A stretch of DNA of 64,000 nucleotides from Alphaproteobacteria bacterium (GTDB lineage Bacteria > Pseudomonadota > Alphaproteobacteria > UBA828), in assembly GCA_965214705.1 (NCBI GenBank), contig CBDCCI010000002.1, forward strand, positions 2,944,001-3,008,000, in the 5' to 3' direction. The first letter of the stretch is position 1, and every line of letters begins with the position of its first letter. The notes under the pieces are model-generated. The model saw nothing but the letters and a program-made list of their open reading frames with translations. It had not been told where the DNA came from and did not search any database. Shown here piece after piece: positions 63,401 to 64,000 of this stretch. A program made the position numbers and the translations under genes.

Positions 63401-64000
63401 AGCGTGAAAGACGCGGAACGGGCGTTCGAGAGCTTCGCACTCGCTCCCAGGGATCAGTGGGATGAAATTAATCCTGTAAACGCCAAGAAAAGGGACTGGT
63501 ACCCGTGGCGGTTCAATAGGCGGCTGTCGATCATGCGGCGGCCGCTCGTGCAACTGTCTCGGAAGGACGACCCGGTCGTACTTGTGGTGCCCTCGATACT
63601 GTCCGGGACACTGAACTATGTGGGGCAGGCGGCATTCGGAGACCTTCCCAAAGACCTCTTCGACAGCCCTGAGATGCGTGCTTGCGTCGGGAGGGCCGCG
63701 AACAGAATCGGACACGAGTTCGCGTGCAGGGTGGCGAAGCGGCTCGGGGAACTGAAGTGGGAGACGGCGCGGGAAGTGAGTCTCACGCGGTTCGGGGGCG
63801 ACGATTCGCTTGGAGACGTCGACGTCCTGGGCTGGCAGCCGGTGACCGGCTTGGTTTACGCGATCGAATGCAAGAGTCTGCGGTTCGACCGCACCATCGG
63901 CGAGGTCGGAGGGCGCTTGGCGGAATACTCTGCCGGGACCCATGAAGTGAAGCGCACGCCGCTTCAGAAGCATCTCGATCGCATGTCGTATCTGGAAGCC
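60446..64000 (+). CDS. Large hypothetical protein (>1180 aa) with C-terminal PD-(D/E)xK nuclease-like motif, 3'-truncated by the window
   Basis: Same frame at both ends and no terminated ORF listed in that frame; GGAGG before TTG 60446; GHEF..GDVDVL..IECKS..KHLDR near the end. Confidence 0.8.
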   Translation, partial: MSRNSLNPNREAAAALMASAATGELREIGSMAVRLAKVVRRLEKFSFPLVAAPLAGLLARRENHVANARIEALIHLAALACRGEGAPDRRHLREWLNIAIYEDSITKLETPVEDVFVSNVDAWFGNARLFEGRWQNNAAYVRVCVETLLRVQERPWVSQTLGHVMALLRLSEAVVERAGIARNSRTAGRPGEKIALGASLVSRSTGHVGFRDNELAAIGVAPDALGPFLVQGEDTDVLVSQSMGHTVLERRPLVRFRGHTTVVLPTAIGAAVRRFVIERASAEGDLRLFQSTCHLAQFTEVAVLGCAAWKIKSIDVLEPDPDDGMREFVGTFDEGGIVHLVFVPDDFQAIAKGGLAGTHALKGAIRARIEDRSVELAGRRDCRRGLTVLVHGGIGREFSPVWGELPHGWHQLCVSAPDFMLLGNETDFTAMRAWKLLQQVDDLEAQGTVFPNLRGFMNLAAFAYHVDFELVPAEMNPGPIYLHSDFILPLRHAVRTGLDRHAAMAPDGKSCVGVERPTSDGRFDEIRGRAVFVSPAHMGGGEVLACVESALRPWWVQCGEVPEHRWHQGIVSNVLEMVVGWLTRLVPAFEERCPTLPSGPVAFRIRFSDIGTFSQLNAEVRHTPVAPAVALEDGEIAIDCVAHYLQSFLSLGNLGDRLMIASMVRGVDSLCGKEAASDAALEEWVCSLVGSDSARFLKMTPSQSPEDVIYDVAALPEPRVLMPEDRAWSRFGLARRAGYEGKPGTIPSSWAEALLHAAVDAAWERVRSRLMGLSRESVIERSLLNYIALRKEHRDWLRAMAARLAVYEAGQVMAASDERVAMRDQAGLACRVIAEMALCESPYGGGSVCTGTDLDFLIAEVSTLVECASQSDALRYGLATRAPVMYRNGSFGFDPAAAQATGPLMSEHWRRTFRDAAQEQEGGGEGEVEDGVPEPDFPCAFVAEFGLTVEQYAAFVRQVALEAMKLNNAYLRLPKSEVMRRLRGASVKDAERAFESFALAPRDQWDEINPVNAKKRDWYPWRFNRRLSIMRRPLVQLSRKDDPVVLVVPSILSGTLNYVGQAAFGDLPKDLFDSPEMRACVGRAANRIGHEFACRVAKRLGELKWETAREVSLTRFGGDDSLGDVDVLGWQPVTGLVYAIECKSLRFDRTIGEVGGRLAEYSAGTHEVKRTPLQKHLDRMSYLEA

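Overview
High-GC proteobacterial sequence (looks alphaproteobacterial) with three parts. (1) 1-32.7 kb is a mostly minus-strand hypoxia/stress island: FixL/FixJ, three universal stress proteins, Hsp20, FtsH, a Lon-like protease, a formate/nitrite channel, an APH-AAA protein, a DksA-like protein, CbpA/CbpM and transporters. It also holds an OTC-like enzyme with an altered amino-acid site, a PurZ/PurZ0-like adenylosuccinate-synthetase homologue behind a Cas2-like small ORF, a 38-bp motif present three times, and two IS elements, one of them an IS66 carrying a DNA adenine methylase. (2) 32.5-54.4 kb is an ICE/plasmid-like backbone (HU, cold-shock protein, Zn-ribbon repeat protein, SSB, toprim, DUF2493, tandem integrases). 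Inside it is a nested stack: an integrase plus IS91-like element hit by group II intron A, whose domain V is split by an IS1634 and whose RT gene is split by group II intron B, whose own RT is split by a RIT element with 90-bp perfect inverted repeats. (3) 55-64 kb is defence-like cargo: an SphI-like type II R-M pair, a DUF4338-fused ISAs1, gene remnants, and an ORF of more than 1180 aa with a C-terminal PD-(D/E)xK motif that runs off the window end. No rRNA, tRNA or CRISPR array was seen. All family calls come from motif recognition by eye; no database searches were run.
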